DNA from: a virus
DNA: 64,000 nt
IMG/VR virus record: IMGVR_UViG_3300035684_000001
Location: 96,001-160,000 of that record
Reading direction: 5' to 3' (one strand)
In this document: in pieces, positions 19,064 through 27,926 of the stretch
Layout of the letters: each line of letters begins with the position of its first letter
How positions within the stretch are numbered: position 1 is the first letter of the stretch
Notes under the pieces: model-generated
Databases searched by the model: none
The model's input: the letters and a program-made list of their open reading frames with translations, nothing else
Told to the model about the DNA's origin: nothing
Translations under genes and position numbers: made by a program

Positions 19064-22000
19064 TTACCTACTAGAAGAATTTGTTGATGATTCTAAGACG
19101 ATAAGTCTAGAAAGTATCGAACCTATCGATAGCTGAATCTCGCTTATTATTGAAAGATTTACGCCATCAACAAAAACACCATCCTCGTTTATTTCGATTT
19201 CATGCAACGTTTCAGGTTCCATTCCTTCTTTAGGGTCAGACAAAGATCGGAAAATAACTTTTTTCCCCTGAATATACACAACTTCTGGCGTACATAAAAC
19301 TTCATTACAAAAAGAACCATCTTCATTAAACGATTGGATATGTGCATTGCGACCTTGAAGCGCAAACCTTGCCGCCTGTTTATCCCAGACAATCGGTTCT
19401 TCTGGTTTATCATCATCATCGTCATTGTCGTCAATCTCAACCGGGGGCTTATTGTGATCGCCAGAAAAGAATGAACTTAGCGACAGCAACCCGCTCTTGG
19501 GATCGAGCAAGACTCCCACACCTTTGGAACCGTCCTCAGAGCCGTTGCGGAACACAGTTGTACCGATTGACGACAAGGATGTTCCAGATCCGCCCATGCT
19601 CAGCATTCCGCCCAGACCTTTAGAAAGTAATTTCTTAGGACTAATGCTCAGAGAAACCTTGCCCCCAGGCCCGAGTAACTTTGTCACCTTCCCTAACATC
19701 TGAAGCCCCGATTTGCCGTCCATACCCAAAAGTTTCAATCCTTGTTCAGCCATCGCCATTTGAGAACCACCGGGTCCTAACAGTTTCACAAAATCCATGC
19801 CGATTTGCATCGCCTTTTTCCCGTCAGGACCCAACAGCTCAGCAACTTTCTCGGCAAGCTTCAATTTAGAAACTCCATCTGCTCCTACCAACTGAGAGTA
19901 AGTTTTTACCATTTCCAGCAGTCCTTTACCCGACGGACCGAGCATTTTAGCGAGTTCTTGCGTAACAACCGTCATTGCCCCCTCCTTACCGCCAGCCCAA
20001 ACAGTTGCCGATTTTTCATCGGCAAAGATATTTGTGCGGATCAACTCCCCGATCGCATCCTCGACTTGCGGACCCAGTAATTCCCCTATTTTTTCGTTGA
20101 CGTAGCTGATTGCAGCTTTCTCACCCGCACCTTTCATGCCGATGTCATTTTCCCAAGCGAACATTTCTGTCCTGACTTTTTTGCCATCTTTCTCAATGGC
20201 TGGGCCAAGGATTCCCGATTTTACTGGATCGACAAAGCTACAAGCACCATCCCCGCCAGATTTCATTGCCACAGTTCCATTTTTTTCAGCACACATGGAA
20301 CTTCTTAGTTTAGATTTTTTTGGTTTTTCTAACTCTTTTTCCTTTGCTTCACCTCCTTTTTCCATTGACTTTGCAACAAAAGGAGTGAACTTAAATCCAG
20401 CAAAATCGCTAGGCGGCTCATAATCATCGTCGTCCTGAGTTGCATCGTTGCGAATTGGAGACAGCATTTCTGCACGATTTGCCCCAACAACTGTCATAGC
20501 TCCCTCGCCCGGAGCAAACATAGCTGTTTCTTCGGATGCTGCCTGCATCCCCGATCGAGTCTTTTCTCCATTGATTTCAATCGCCGGTCCGTGCATTCCA
20601 CTTTTGGTTTCATCCGCTGAAAAGCAAGCTCCGTCACCGCCAGATTTACCGCCTACCAATCCTTTCCGATCGGCAAACAGACAAGTCCTCAATTTTTTCT
20701 TGGCTTCTGCATCTGCAAATTTGCCCGTTTTACCTTCTTCCCGATCGCCCCCCTTCTTAAATTTGACCGACTTGAGGTCAAATTCAAACCCATCATAGTC
20801 GCTGGCGGGAGGATCGTCTTGTTCATCTTTAAACTCGCCTTCTTCTCTTTCTGGACCAAGAACTTCTGCCCGATCGCGCGCAACGTAAGATATTGCACCG
20901 TCAGCAGCCTCGCTTCCTGCTTCCTGAGCGAATACAAAACTACCAGTCCGCAGTTTTTTACCGTCTAATTCAATTTCCGGACCGAAAGTCTCGGCTTTTT
21001 CTAGGTGGACGATCGATCCCGCGCCGCGTCCTCCCGATAAAGTTCCAGCCCCGCCGTAACCGTCCGCGAATAAGGAAGTTCGTACCATCCGGTCTTTTTC
21101 TTCTAGATCGTCGTACTTGGGCCGCTTTTTAGCTTCTTCCTGTTCCCCACCTTGTTTGCGACGCTGCCCTTTAGAAAATATTTTGTAACCACCTTTTTTA
21201 CCTTTACCTGGTTTATCTTCCTCGCGTTCTGGTAATTCCCCATCTTTGCGTTCCGGTCCTAGAATCTCTGCCATGCGTCGCTCTACGCGAACGCCGCCGC
21301 CTTTATCCCCTGCGGTCATACCTCCGCCAGCTTTGTCGGCAAACATAGACACTCGAAGGTTGGGAGCAAATTCCGGACCCATTATCTGAGCACCTTCTTT
21401 GCCAATGCGGGCGATCGCCCCTTTCTCACCGCGATTTGACTCCATCTGCACGTAAGTTTCGCGGGCAGTAATCCTAGCCCCTTTGGGTTCGTCGGGTATT
21501 GCGCGAAGGAGTTTGCTGTAGTCGTCGATTGCCGACTCTAGAATTGGAATCAATTTTTGCGCCAGTTCTTTGCAAGATTTAGGCAATACTTTTTCTACAG
21601 CATTTTGCAGGATATCATCGGAACTGTTGGTGATTGCAAAATGCTTGGCAACTTCTTTGAGCGGTTCAACCAGTATGTCTTTGTTAAAAAGTACGTCATC
21701 TCTAAGCAATAGAAATGCCAAAGCTTCTAACGGTGCAATCCCTTTGATACTTTTCTGCCCCTTCAATACTGCACTTAAAGTTTTTTCGGTTTTTTCAATT
21801 AATCCTTGAGTTACTTCCCCAAATAGTATTGATAGTGGAGATTCCCCCGCCACCAATTTATCCACGTTTTTTTTATCTTCTTCGATTTGTTTCGCTTCTC
21901 GATCTTTGTCGGCTAGCTGTTCTTTTGTCAAAAATTTAGCAGCTTTTAAATCTTGATTGCTGAACACCCGAGAAACTGCTTGTTCCGTCAAGGTTTCGTC

Positions 22001-23470
22001 GCCTTTGTGTAACTGGTAAACGCCCATATTGCCCTTAGCAAATTCAGAATATTCCCCGAGCTGCCCGATCGCCCCTTCTACCCTTTCCGGCAGCTCGTCC
22101 CACCACTCTTTCTCTTCTTTGATAGTAAATTTTTCTAAACGCTCTGGCTTGGGATTGATGGTATCTTCCATACCTTTGATTTTGTCCTGCAATCGCATTC
22201 TGACGATCGCGTCAATCGAATGCCAACCGTTCGGCACTATCTCGGCTATTAGTGCTTCCTTCTGCAAAACAACGTCGTACCTCAGCGCGTCCAGTGTGGG
22301 TACAATCGCGTCCAACCTTGCAAACAGAGCCTTTTTTTCCTCAGCGTCTAGCAGTGCCAGCAGTTTTTTGAGATCCTTCGGTATCATCCCCAGTGCTGTT
22401 CCGACGATCGCGCTGCCGGGTTTATCCTTGGCGACTGATTTTTCTGCGATGTTAACTATTTTGTCTAATTCAATTCTCAAAGCTTCTCGCAGTTGACCGT
22501 CTAAGCTTTCGCCCAGATCGACAGCAGGGGCTGTCTTTAGTTCCTGCAAGATTCCAATTCCTTTTGGCAGGTTCACCGCTACCCCATCTCGCAGCCTCCG
22601 CAAAACTGCATTAGCTTCGTAAATATAGTGCGACGTGCCAAATGCTCCGCTTTCAAAACCGTCAGTCAGTTTTTCTAGTTGTTTTAACAGTTTGACCCCT
22701 TGATCTAAATCTGCCGATAAAAATCCCCTAGCTTCAGAGAGCAAACGCGAATGGCGGCGCAAGGGTCCTTCTAAATGTGCATTTTTGCTGTTCAGACTTA
22801 ACTGAGATTTTTCGGCGCAGGCGATGGTAAGCGTCCCGTCTTTATTCAAATTAATGGCAGCACCGCCGAGCGATCGCGCGTTCAGATTCCCTTCCGGCGA
22901 TGCAGTGAAACTGGCATTGTCGTTCTCGATGCTCGCAGCGCCGTCTTTCATCAAATGGACTCTAGCCTTGCCCGGTGATTCTTGGAGGATAGAACCATCT
23001 CCAGAAACCGACTGAACGGCTTTACTCGCAAAAGTCTTGAAATAGGAGCCATCTTTGTCGTTGTTGATTTCAATCGTCCCGCCTGCCGACGCGCTGCCTG
23101 TGACTCCGTGCGATCGGTCGAAGTCTGGATGCGGGCGATCAACTCGGTTGTGCAAACACCCCATTATTATCAGTCTGGTAGGGTCGCCAAACATCGGACT
23201 TAAAACAACCAAACTCCCTAATCCCAGCGGACTGTGAGAACCTCCGGGTACGCCATTTGCCGTGAATTGTTCCATTACCGGAATCCAGCCGTCATCTTCG
23301 TTAGGTAGATAAGCAGTTTCGGAAAGCAAGTCACATTTGACTCTGGCGCGACCGATCTTCTCTGGATCGTTTACGTCTACGACTGTTCCCGGCATCCAGC
23401 CCATAACAAAGCCTTCTTTGATGTGCGTTGCCTGGACTTTTTCTGGCGTTATTTTGGATTCAAAGCTCAT
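19064..23470 (-). CDS. Baseplate central spike, gp5/VgrG-like, 1468 aa
   Basis: N-terminal OB-fold motif GTVVDVNDPEKIGRARVK...GWIPV...GSLVV...GDP...IIMG; C-terminal half made of Gly-rich repeats. Confidence 0.85.
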   Translation of the reverse strand: MSFESKITPEKVQATHIKEGFVMGWMPGTVVDVNDPEKIGRARVKCDLLSETAYLPNEDDGWIPVMEQFTANGVPGGSHSPLGLGSLVVLSPMFGDPTRLIIMGCLHNRVDRPHPDFDRSHGVTGSASAGGTIEINNDKDGSYFKTFASKAVQSVSGDGSILQESPGKARVHLMKDGAASIENDNASFTASPEGNLNARSLGGAAINLNKDGTLTIACAEKSQLSLNSKNAHLEGPLRRHSRLLSEARGFLSADLDQGVKLLKQLEKLTDGFESGAFGTSHYIYEANAVLRRLRDGVAVNLPKGIGILQELKTAPAVDLGESLDGQLREALRIELDKIVNIAEKSVAKDKPGSAIVGTALGMIPKDLKKLLALLDAEEKKALFARLDAIVPTLDALRYDVVLQKEALIAEIVPNGWHSIDAIVRMRLQDKIKGMEDTINPKPERLEKFTIKEEKEWWDELPERVEGAIGQLGEYSEFAKGNMGVYQLHKGDETLTEQAVSRVFSNQDLKAAKFLTKEQLADKDREAKQIEEDKKNVDKLVAGESPLSILFGEVTQGLIEKTEKTLSAVLKGQKSIKGIAPLEALAFLLLRDDVLFNKDILVEPLKEVAKHFAITNSSDDILQNAVEKVLPKSCKELAQKLIPILESAIDDYSKLLRAIPDEPKGARITARETYVQMESNRGEKGAIARIGKEGAQIMGPEFAPNLRVSMFADKAGGGMTAGDKGGGVRVERRMAEILGPERKDGELPEREEDKPGKGKKGGYKIFSKGQRRKQGGEQEEAKKRPKYDDLEEKDRMVRTSLFADGYGGAGTLSGGRGAGSIVHLEKAETFGPEIELDGKKLRTGSFVFAQEAGSEAADGAISYVARDRAEVLGPEREEGEFKDEQDDPPASDYDGFEFDLKSVKFKKGGDREEGKTGKFADAEAKKKLRTCLFADRKGLVGGKSGGDGACFSADETKSGMHGPAIEINGEKTRSGMQAASEETAMFAPGEGAMTVVGANRAEMLSPIRNDATQDDDDYEPPSDFAGFKFTPFVAKSMEKGGEAKEKELEKPKKSKLRSSMCAEKNGTVAMKSGGDGACSFVDPVKSGILGPAIEKDGKKVRTEMFAWENDIGMKGAGEKAAISYVNEKIGELLGPQVEDAIGELIRTNIFADEKSATVWAGGKEGAMTVVTQELAKMLGPSGKGLLEMVKTYSQLVGADGVSKLKLAEKVAELLGPDGKKAMQIGMDFVKLLGPGGSQMAMAEQGLKLLGMDGKSGLQMLGKVTKLLGPGGKVSLSISPKKLLSKGLGGMLSMGGSGTSLSSIGTTVFRNGSEDGSKGVGVLLDPKSGLLSLSSFFSGDHNKPPVEIDDNDDDDDKPEEPIVWDKQAARFALQGRNAHIQSFNEDGSFCNEVLCTPEVVYIQGKKVIFRSLSDPKEGMEPETLHEIEINEDGVFVDGVNLSIISEIQLSIGSILSRLIVLESSTNSSSR

Positions 23471-23553
23471 AAAACAAAAAAACCGCCAGAGAGAAACCTG
23501 GCGGGGCGTGTGTTTAATTTTTGGTAGGGCGGGCGATCGGGTGGGCGATCGGG

Positions 23554-24042
23554 CTAGCTATTTAGTTCGTCGATGTCATCGCGGTTAAATTGCAGCCCAC
23601 GTCGAAATTCCTCTTGAGTCCAATCTCGAACATGGGGATTTACTGTTCCGAATTCCTGCATTTGTGATAACCACAGACTGATCCGAGCAAAAAAGCGAGC
23701 ATCTGACATAGAATAAGCAAACGCTACAGATGGGTGAACAAAGATAGATCCTTCATCACCTCTAACGTAGTCTATCAAAGCTTTTGAGCGACTACTCATT
23801 TCTGAGTACCCGCTCTTAACGGCTAATTCTGTGTCAGCATTAGCGACTGGCAGACCCGTTAAAAGTGAAAGCTCTTCTAACACATCTTTTGCAAACTGAG
23901 TTCTAGTCCAATTGTTGAACCGCTTTCCGATCGCCTTACTGATGTCTCGAACAGACACATACCCATCCTTGCCTCGAATTTCAATTTTTTGACCGTTGTA
24001 CTCAGGAAATTGATCGAACCATGATACCATTGCTTTAGACAT
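23554..24042 (-). CDS. KilA-N domain DNA-binding protein
   Basis: YNGQKIEIR..DGYVSVRDISKAIGKRFNNW...GSIFVHPSVA. Confidence 0.8.
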   Translation of the reverse strand: MSKAMVSWFDQFPEYNGQKIEIRGKDGYVSVRDISKAIGKRFNNWTRTQFAKDVLEELSLLTGLPVANADTELAVKSGYSEMSSRSKALIDYVRGDEGSIFVHPSVAFAYSMSDARFFARISLWLSQMQEFGTVNPHVRDWTQEEFRRGLQFNRDDIDELNS

Positions 24043-24242
24043 TTGGTTTTCCGGTATAGAGTTGAGTGTTTAGTTAAGGGCGAGTCGAGCCAAACGATCG
24101 CCTTTAACGCCAATTTTAACAAAATATTTATCCCAAAGCTTATTTCCAAGAGGCGATAATTCAACTACAAAACTATATGAATGAAAAGAATCAATACTGG
24201 AAACAATCAAGGTTGAATTAGGGCTGATACCAATCCAAGAAC

Positions 24243-24285
24243 AAAAAGAGGGGGCGATCGGATATTAATCCGATTGTCCCTTTTT
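24243..24285. terminator. Intrinsic terminator
   Basis: AAAAAGAGGGGGCGATCGGAT...ATCCGATTGTCCCTTTTT. Confidence 0.65.
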
Positions 24286-24306
24286 AGATAGATCGGGCAG
24301 ACAGAA

Positions 24307-24603
24307 TTAAACCATTTGTCTGTCTTTTTTTGCCCTTAACATTGCTTCACGAACGACTGAAGTTGATTCTTTTTCGATCGCCCCATTTTTTAGGGCTAAT
24401 TCCCTTTTGCTGGGAATCAAATCATAGTGAGGCAAAAAAGCGTGATTCTGAAAATACGATTTTTTCAAGCCTATCTTCAGTGCCATTTGGTGTAACTCTT
24501 CAATATTTCCATCATCGGAAAAAAGATGACACCATCGGTTGCCAAATCTTGATACTGACTTACTTTTTGGTTGGATTGTTTGTAAGCTGTCTACACAAAT
24601 CAT
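24307..24603 (-). CDS. DUF4031-like protein
   Basis: WCHLFSD...EELHQMA.KIGLK..YFQ...HYDL...KR.LA...GA. Confidence 0.8.
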   Translation of the reverse strand: MICVDSLQTIQPKSKSVSRFGNRWCHLFSDDGNIEELHQMALKIGLKKSYFQNHAFLPHYDLIPSKRELALKNGAIEKESTSVVREAMLRAKKDRQMV

Positions 24604-24678
24604 AATTTTTGTTAACAGTAATCGAGTAAGGTAATTTTTTAGAAATGGGCGATCGCATAATTGCCCAACTCTAAAATG

Positions 24679-24966
24679 TCAATCTCTGAATTTACTCCAC
24701 CCGGCTACGACACATCGTTTTGTGTAGTCAGGATTTGAAACTTTTTCGGCAATTAAAACGCTACCTCTTTGATCTACCAACCTCCAAGCTAATGGATGTT
24801 TTTTTGCTTCTTCGTGACTTTTTATTTCGTAAGGAGTAATGTGTTCAAAAAGGATCGTTCCTTTAGGGTGAGGCCAAAACTTGTATTTTTCGTTATCGTT
24901 CATCGTTGTCACTGTTTTGTTTGTTTTTGCTAATATGTTAACGGGCGATCGGTAATTTAACACCAA
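24679..24966 (-). CDS. Hypothetical protein (start probably 24903)
   Basis: ORF track. Confidence 0.45.
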   Translation of the reverse strand: MVLNYRSPVNILAKTNKTVTTMNDNEKYKFWPHPKGTILFEHITPYEIKSHEEAKKHPLAWRLVDQRGSVLIAEKVSNPDYTKRCVVAGWSKFRD

Positions 24967-24996
24967 TTGTGGATTTTATCAAGTTGTTATTCTATT

Positions 24997-26019
24997 TTAG
25001 CGTCTGCTCTTAGATTTTGCTGCTGCTTTGTCCATTTCTTTCTTCCGATCCTCTCTCAGTTTGGATAATTTCTTTATCCAAAACTCCCTAGAGCTGGGAG
25101 TCATATCAAGGACATCGACTTGAGGAGAATCTTCGTCATGAAAAGCAAATTTTAATTCATTAAAGTATTTCTCGACAGAGCCAATTTTTTGATTCGGTCG
25201 CGGTGGAGTGAAAGTTGAAAAGTAAAAGTCGGCATCAACGGCTGCTATCCACTCTCCCGCACAGCTCGGACAATCCATTGGAATAGTTTGCTCAGGACCG
25301 AACCATACCTCCCCGATCGCCCGCTGAATTTTATTGTAATCTCGATAATGCAACTTATCGAGCATTTGATCGGGCATGGAGATTAAGGCATCTGCTGCCC
25401 GCAACTTAACTTTGGAAAATGCGTCGCTCGCTTCCGAGGAAACTTCTTTAAATCTTGGGGGTTCCCAGTAACACTTGTCGGTATCATCGACTGGACGGGT
25501 TAGCTGTACGTGAAACAGTGGAGGGGCAAGAAGTGCGGCACATCCTCGGAGTACCACGGACGATAAATCGTGAGTATATATGTCGCCAGACTCTTTGTGG
25601 TTGATCCTGTGACCGCAGTAAGGACAGGTACAGGGAATCGCAATGTCCGGCCCCGCCCCCTTGCACCTAATGTTTAACAACAAACTCAAAATGTCGGCCA
25701 AGTACATCCCCTGAAACAAGCGCGGGGGAGAAGTATTTAGCTTGTTAGCTACTTCGGCAAGCGGCCATCCGTCGATCGTCTCCACAATTTGCGGCAAGAA
25801 CTGTGAATAAATCCGAACTAGGCGATCGGGAGTTTCTCTGTTTTCATCCTCAAGCCGTCCGAGCAACACGTCGTGATGGCCTATGTACGGTTTGAGGGTG
25901 TACTCGCGGAGGCGATCGCCGTTCAAAAAAATACCCAGCGGAAGGTTCTGTCCCCACTGATACAGCTCCCGATCTTGAACAGACAGACTGCTATAATCAA
26001 ATGATTTAATCACTCTCAA
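24997..26019 (-). CDS. Baseplate hub/tail assembly protein (T4 gp26-like)
   Basis: LPLG...EYTLKP...LADILSLLLNIR...CTCPYCG...second CPSC motif. Confidence 0.65.
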   Translation of the reverse strand: MRVIKSFDYSSLSVQDRELYQWGQNLPLGIFLNGDRLREYTLKPYIGHHDVLLGRLEDENRETPDRLVRIYSQFLPQIVETIDGWPLAEVANKLNTSPPRLFQGMYLADILSLLLNIRCKGAGPDIAIPCTCPYCGHRINHKESGDIYTHDLSSVVLRGCAALLAPPLFHVQLTRPVDDTDKCYWEPPRFKEVSSEASDAFSKVKLRAADALISMPDQMLDKLHYRDYNKIQRAIGEVWFGPEQTIPMDCPSCAGEWIAAVDADFYFSTFTPPRPNQKIGSVEKYFNELKFAFHDEDSPQVDVLDMTPSSREFWIKKLSKLREDRKKEMDKAAAKSKSRR

Positions 26020-26027
26020 GTAAAATC

Positions 26028-26891
26028 ATGAACTTAATTACCTTTGAGTATATCGCCAATCAGGGCTTGCCAAATGAATGGCGAATAGAAAAATGTCAAT
26101 TTGGTCAACTTAATTTAATAGTAGGTAAAAATGCGAGCGGTAAGTCTATGCTTTTAAAAGCAATTGCCAAGCTAGCAGATCTACTTAGAGGAGTCGAAAT
26201 TACTGAAACAGAAAATCACGAATGGCGTGTATTGTTTGATATTGGCAAACCAGACTACTACATAGAATACTCACTTAAAATACAAGAAGGTTTTGTACAC
26301 AAAGAACAGGTACTCTTATGCAGAGACGCAAGCAAGTATATTTTGCTGGTTTTACTAGATCGAAACCAGTCAGGCGAAAGTACCGTTTATACGGAAAGGC
26401 TACAAAAAGACGTTAAATTTCAAGCTCACAAAACAAAAACCGTAATAGCACAACAAATAGCGCAATATCCAAATTATATTCAATATCCATTTTTAAAATT
26501 GTTTTTTCTATGGTCTGATCGAATAAATTTTTATCAATATAGGGAAGTCTTGAATACAAATTTAAGTCTCAATATTTGTGGCAATCCCGCGCTAGATATA
26601 TCTAAAACGGTTGTTGTCGATGATGTTGGATGCAAACTAGACTATGAATTTTCACCCATTCTTGCTAAGAATTTAGTGGAATATAGCAATCGATCGCCTG
26701 TTCAATTTATCCTAGCTACGAACAATCAATTTGTGGTAAACAGCGTACCGCTAGACTGCTTGTCGGTCATCGAACAATCCCTTAGCGTCATCAAAGTACA
26801 CAACATTTTTAACTCGCGGGACAAGTTTGAAAAGTTTAAATTTATAGGACTCAACAACTTTGACTTATTTACCAGCGAGTTTTTGTTGTAA
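26028..26891 (+). CDS. ABC/AAA_21-type ATPase, probably internally deleted
   Basis: Walker A GKNASGKS; degenerate Walker B VVVDDVG; QFILATN; C-terminal GLNNFDLF. Confidence 0.7.
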   Translation: MNLITFEYIANQGLPNEWRIEKCQFGQLNLIVGKNASGKSMLLKAIAKLADLLRGVEITETENHEWRVLFDIGKPDYYIEYSLKIQEGFVHKEQVLLCRDASKYILLVLLDRNQSGESTVYTERLQKDVKFQAHKTKTVIAQQIAQYPNYIQYPFLKLFFLWSDRINFYQYREVLNTNLSLNICGNPALDISKTVVVDDVGCKLDYEFSPILAKNLVEYSNRSPVQFILATNNQFVVNSVPLDCLSVIEQSLSVIKVHNIFNSRDKFEKFKFIGLNNFDLFTSEFLL

Positions 26892-26946
26892 CTGGCGATC
26901 ACCGATCTCAATTCACCAAAAATACAACAAAAACTAAATTGATAGA

Positions 26947-27264
26947 TTATTTTTTATATCTGCGCTGAATCGCTGGGAAATTAGCAACTTCTTCAGCCGA
27001 TTCAACATCAAGAATTTCACGAATACGAACTCCGTCTATTTCACATTCCACTTTCAATGTAAAAACACCTTCTTTTTTCACAAGTATTAATGACGAAAAT
27101 TGCAAAAATTTATTAGAATAATCAAAGCCTAACCCTTTTGTTTCAAGACTCCATTCAGTCTGTATAGAGTTTTCTGTTGAAGATCTTACCTCAGCCGTAA
27201 AAACAATTTCATTTAACCATGCTATTTGTTTTTCCTGTGGCAGAATTTGTACTTTAACTAGCAT
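26947..27264 (-). CDS. Hypothetical protein
   Basis: 105-aa ORF with GAGG upstream. Confidence 0.55.
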   Translation of the reverse strand: MLVKVQILPQEKQIAWLNEIVFTAEVRSSTENSIQTEWSLETKGLGFDYSNKFLQFSSLILVKKEGVFTLKVECEIDGVRIREILDVESAEEVANFPAIQRRYKK

Positions 27265-27320
27265 TGATGAACACCTCTTAAGTTTTTAGAATTTTTTGAT
27301 ATATTCGATCGCCCTCAACT

Positions 27321-27640
27321 TTAAAGTGAGCAAACGCGACAGAACGTTAAATCGGTTACACCTAAAACGATCGGATCGGGAGTTGTCAATATCCACACAG
27401 TACCGCTATTCATACTACCACCCAAAACAAGAAATGTCGTACCTTGCGCGATCCTAGTATCAGCGTCAGCATTTTCAGCTCGAACCCACGATTCTTGATC
27501 TGCTAAATACAAACCGTTTTCAGTTCGATCTGTTTGCGCCGTAAGTAGTACGCGATCGCCAGTACATAGTGTTGTATCTTGAATAGTTAACAATCCACCC
27601 GTTGTAATGTCAATATTTTCAACAGCAGCGATTGTGCAAA
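27321..27640 (-). pseudogene. Stand-alone copy of the fibre domain of 50295..51293
   Basis: AAVENIDITTGGLLTIQDT...DRVLLTAQTDRTENG...DPIVL..TDLTF matches 50495-50790; no clear ATG. Confidence 0.7.
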
Positions 27641-27707
27641 CATAATTGGTATGAACGTAATCTCTAGAGCTAGATATAGCCTCCCATTCTCGCGAAGAAA
27701 GAACAAA

Positions 27708-27926
27708 TTAAGGAAGATTAGCTATATTTAAAATCTTCCATTCTGTTGAGCCCACTCCTTCTAAAGCTCGCGCTAAATTAAAAGCTGCGCCATCAAATTT
27801 GGTGAATTTCAACAGCGGGCGATCGGTAGTGGTGTCAATTGCGACGTGATGTAGGTGAGACACAACTTTTTGTGCAACATCCAATGAATCAAACTGGACT
27901 ACCTTCTCAAAAATTTCAGCTACCAT
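27708..27926 (-). CDS. Hypothetical protein, paralogue family A
   Basis: VAQKVVSHLHHV...LKFTKFDGAAFNLARALEG. Confidence 0.65.
   Translation of the reverse strand: MVAEIFEKVVQFDSLDVAQKVVSHLHHVAIDTTTDRPLLKFTKFDGAAFNLARALEGVGSTEWKILNIANLP

Noticed and set aside
17434-19165. IStron (group I intron plus TnpB)
   Set aside because: No group I core is recognisable, the element ends in TCAA rather than a terminal G, and the gene is restored at DNA level by a replacement end.
19189-23588. Many short ORFs overlapping the spike, sheath, portal and other long genes
   Set aside because: Antisense or alternate-frame shadows with no motifs or initiation signals.
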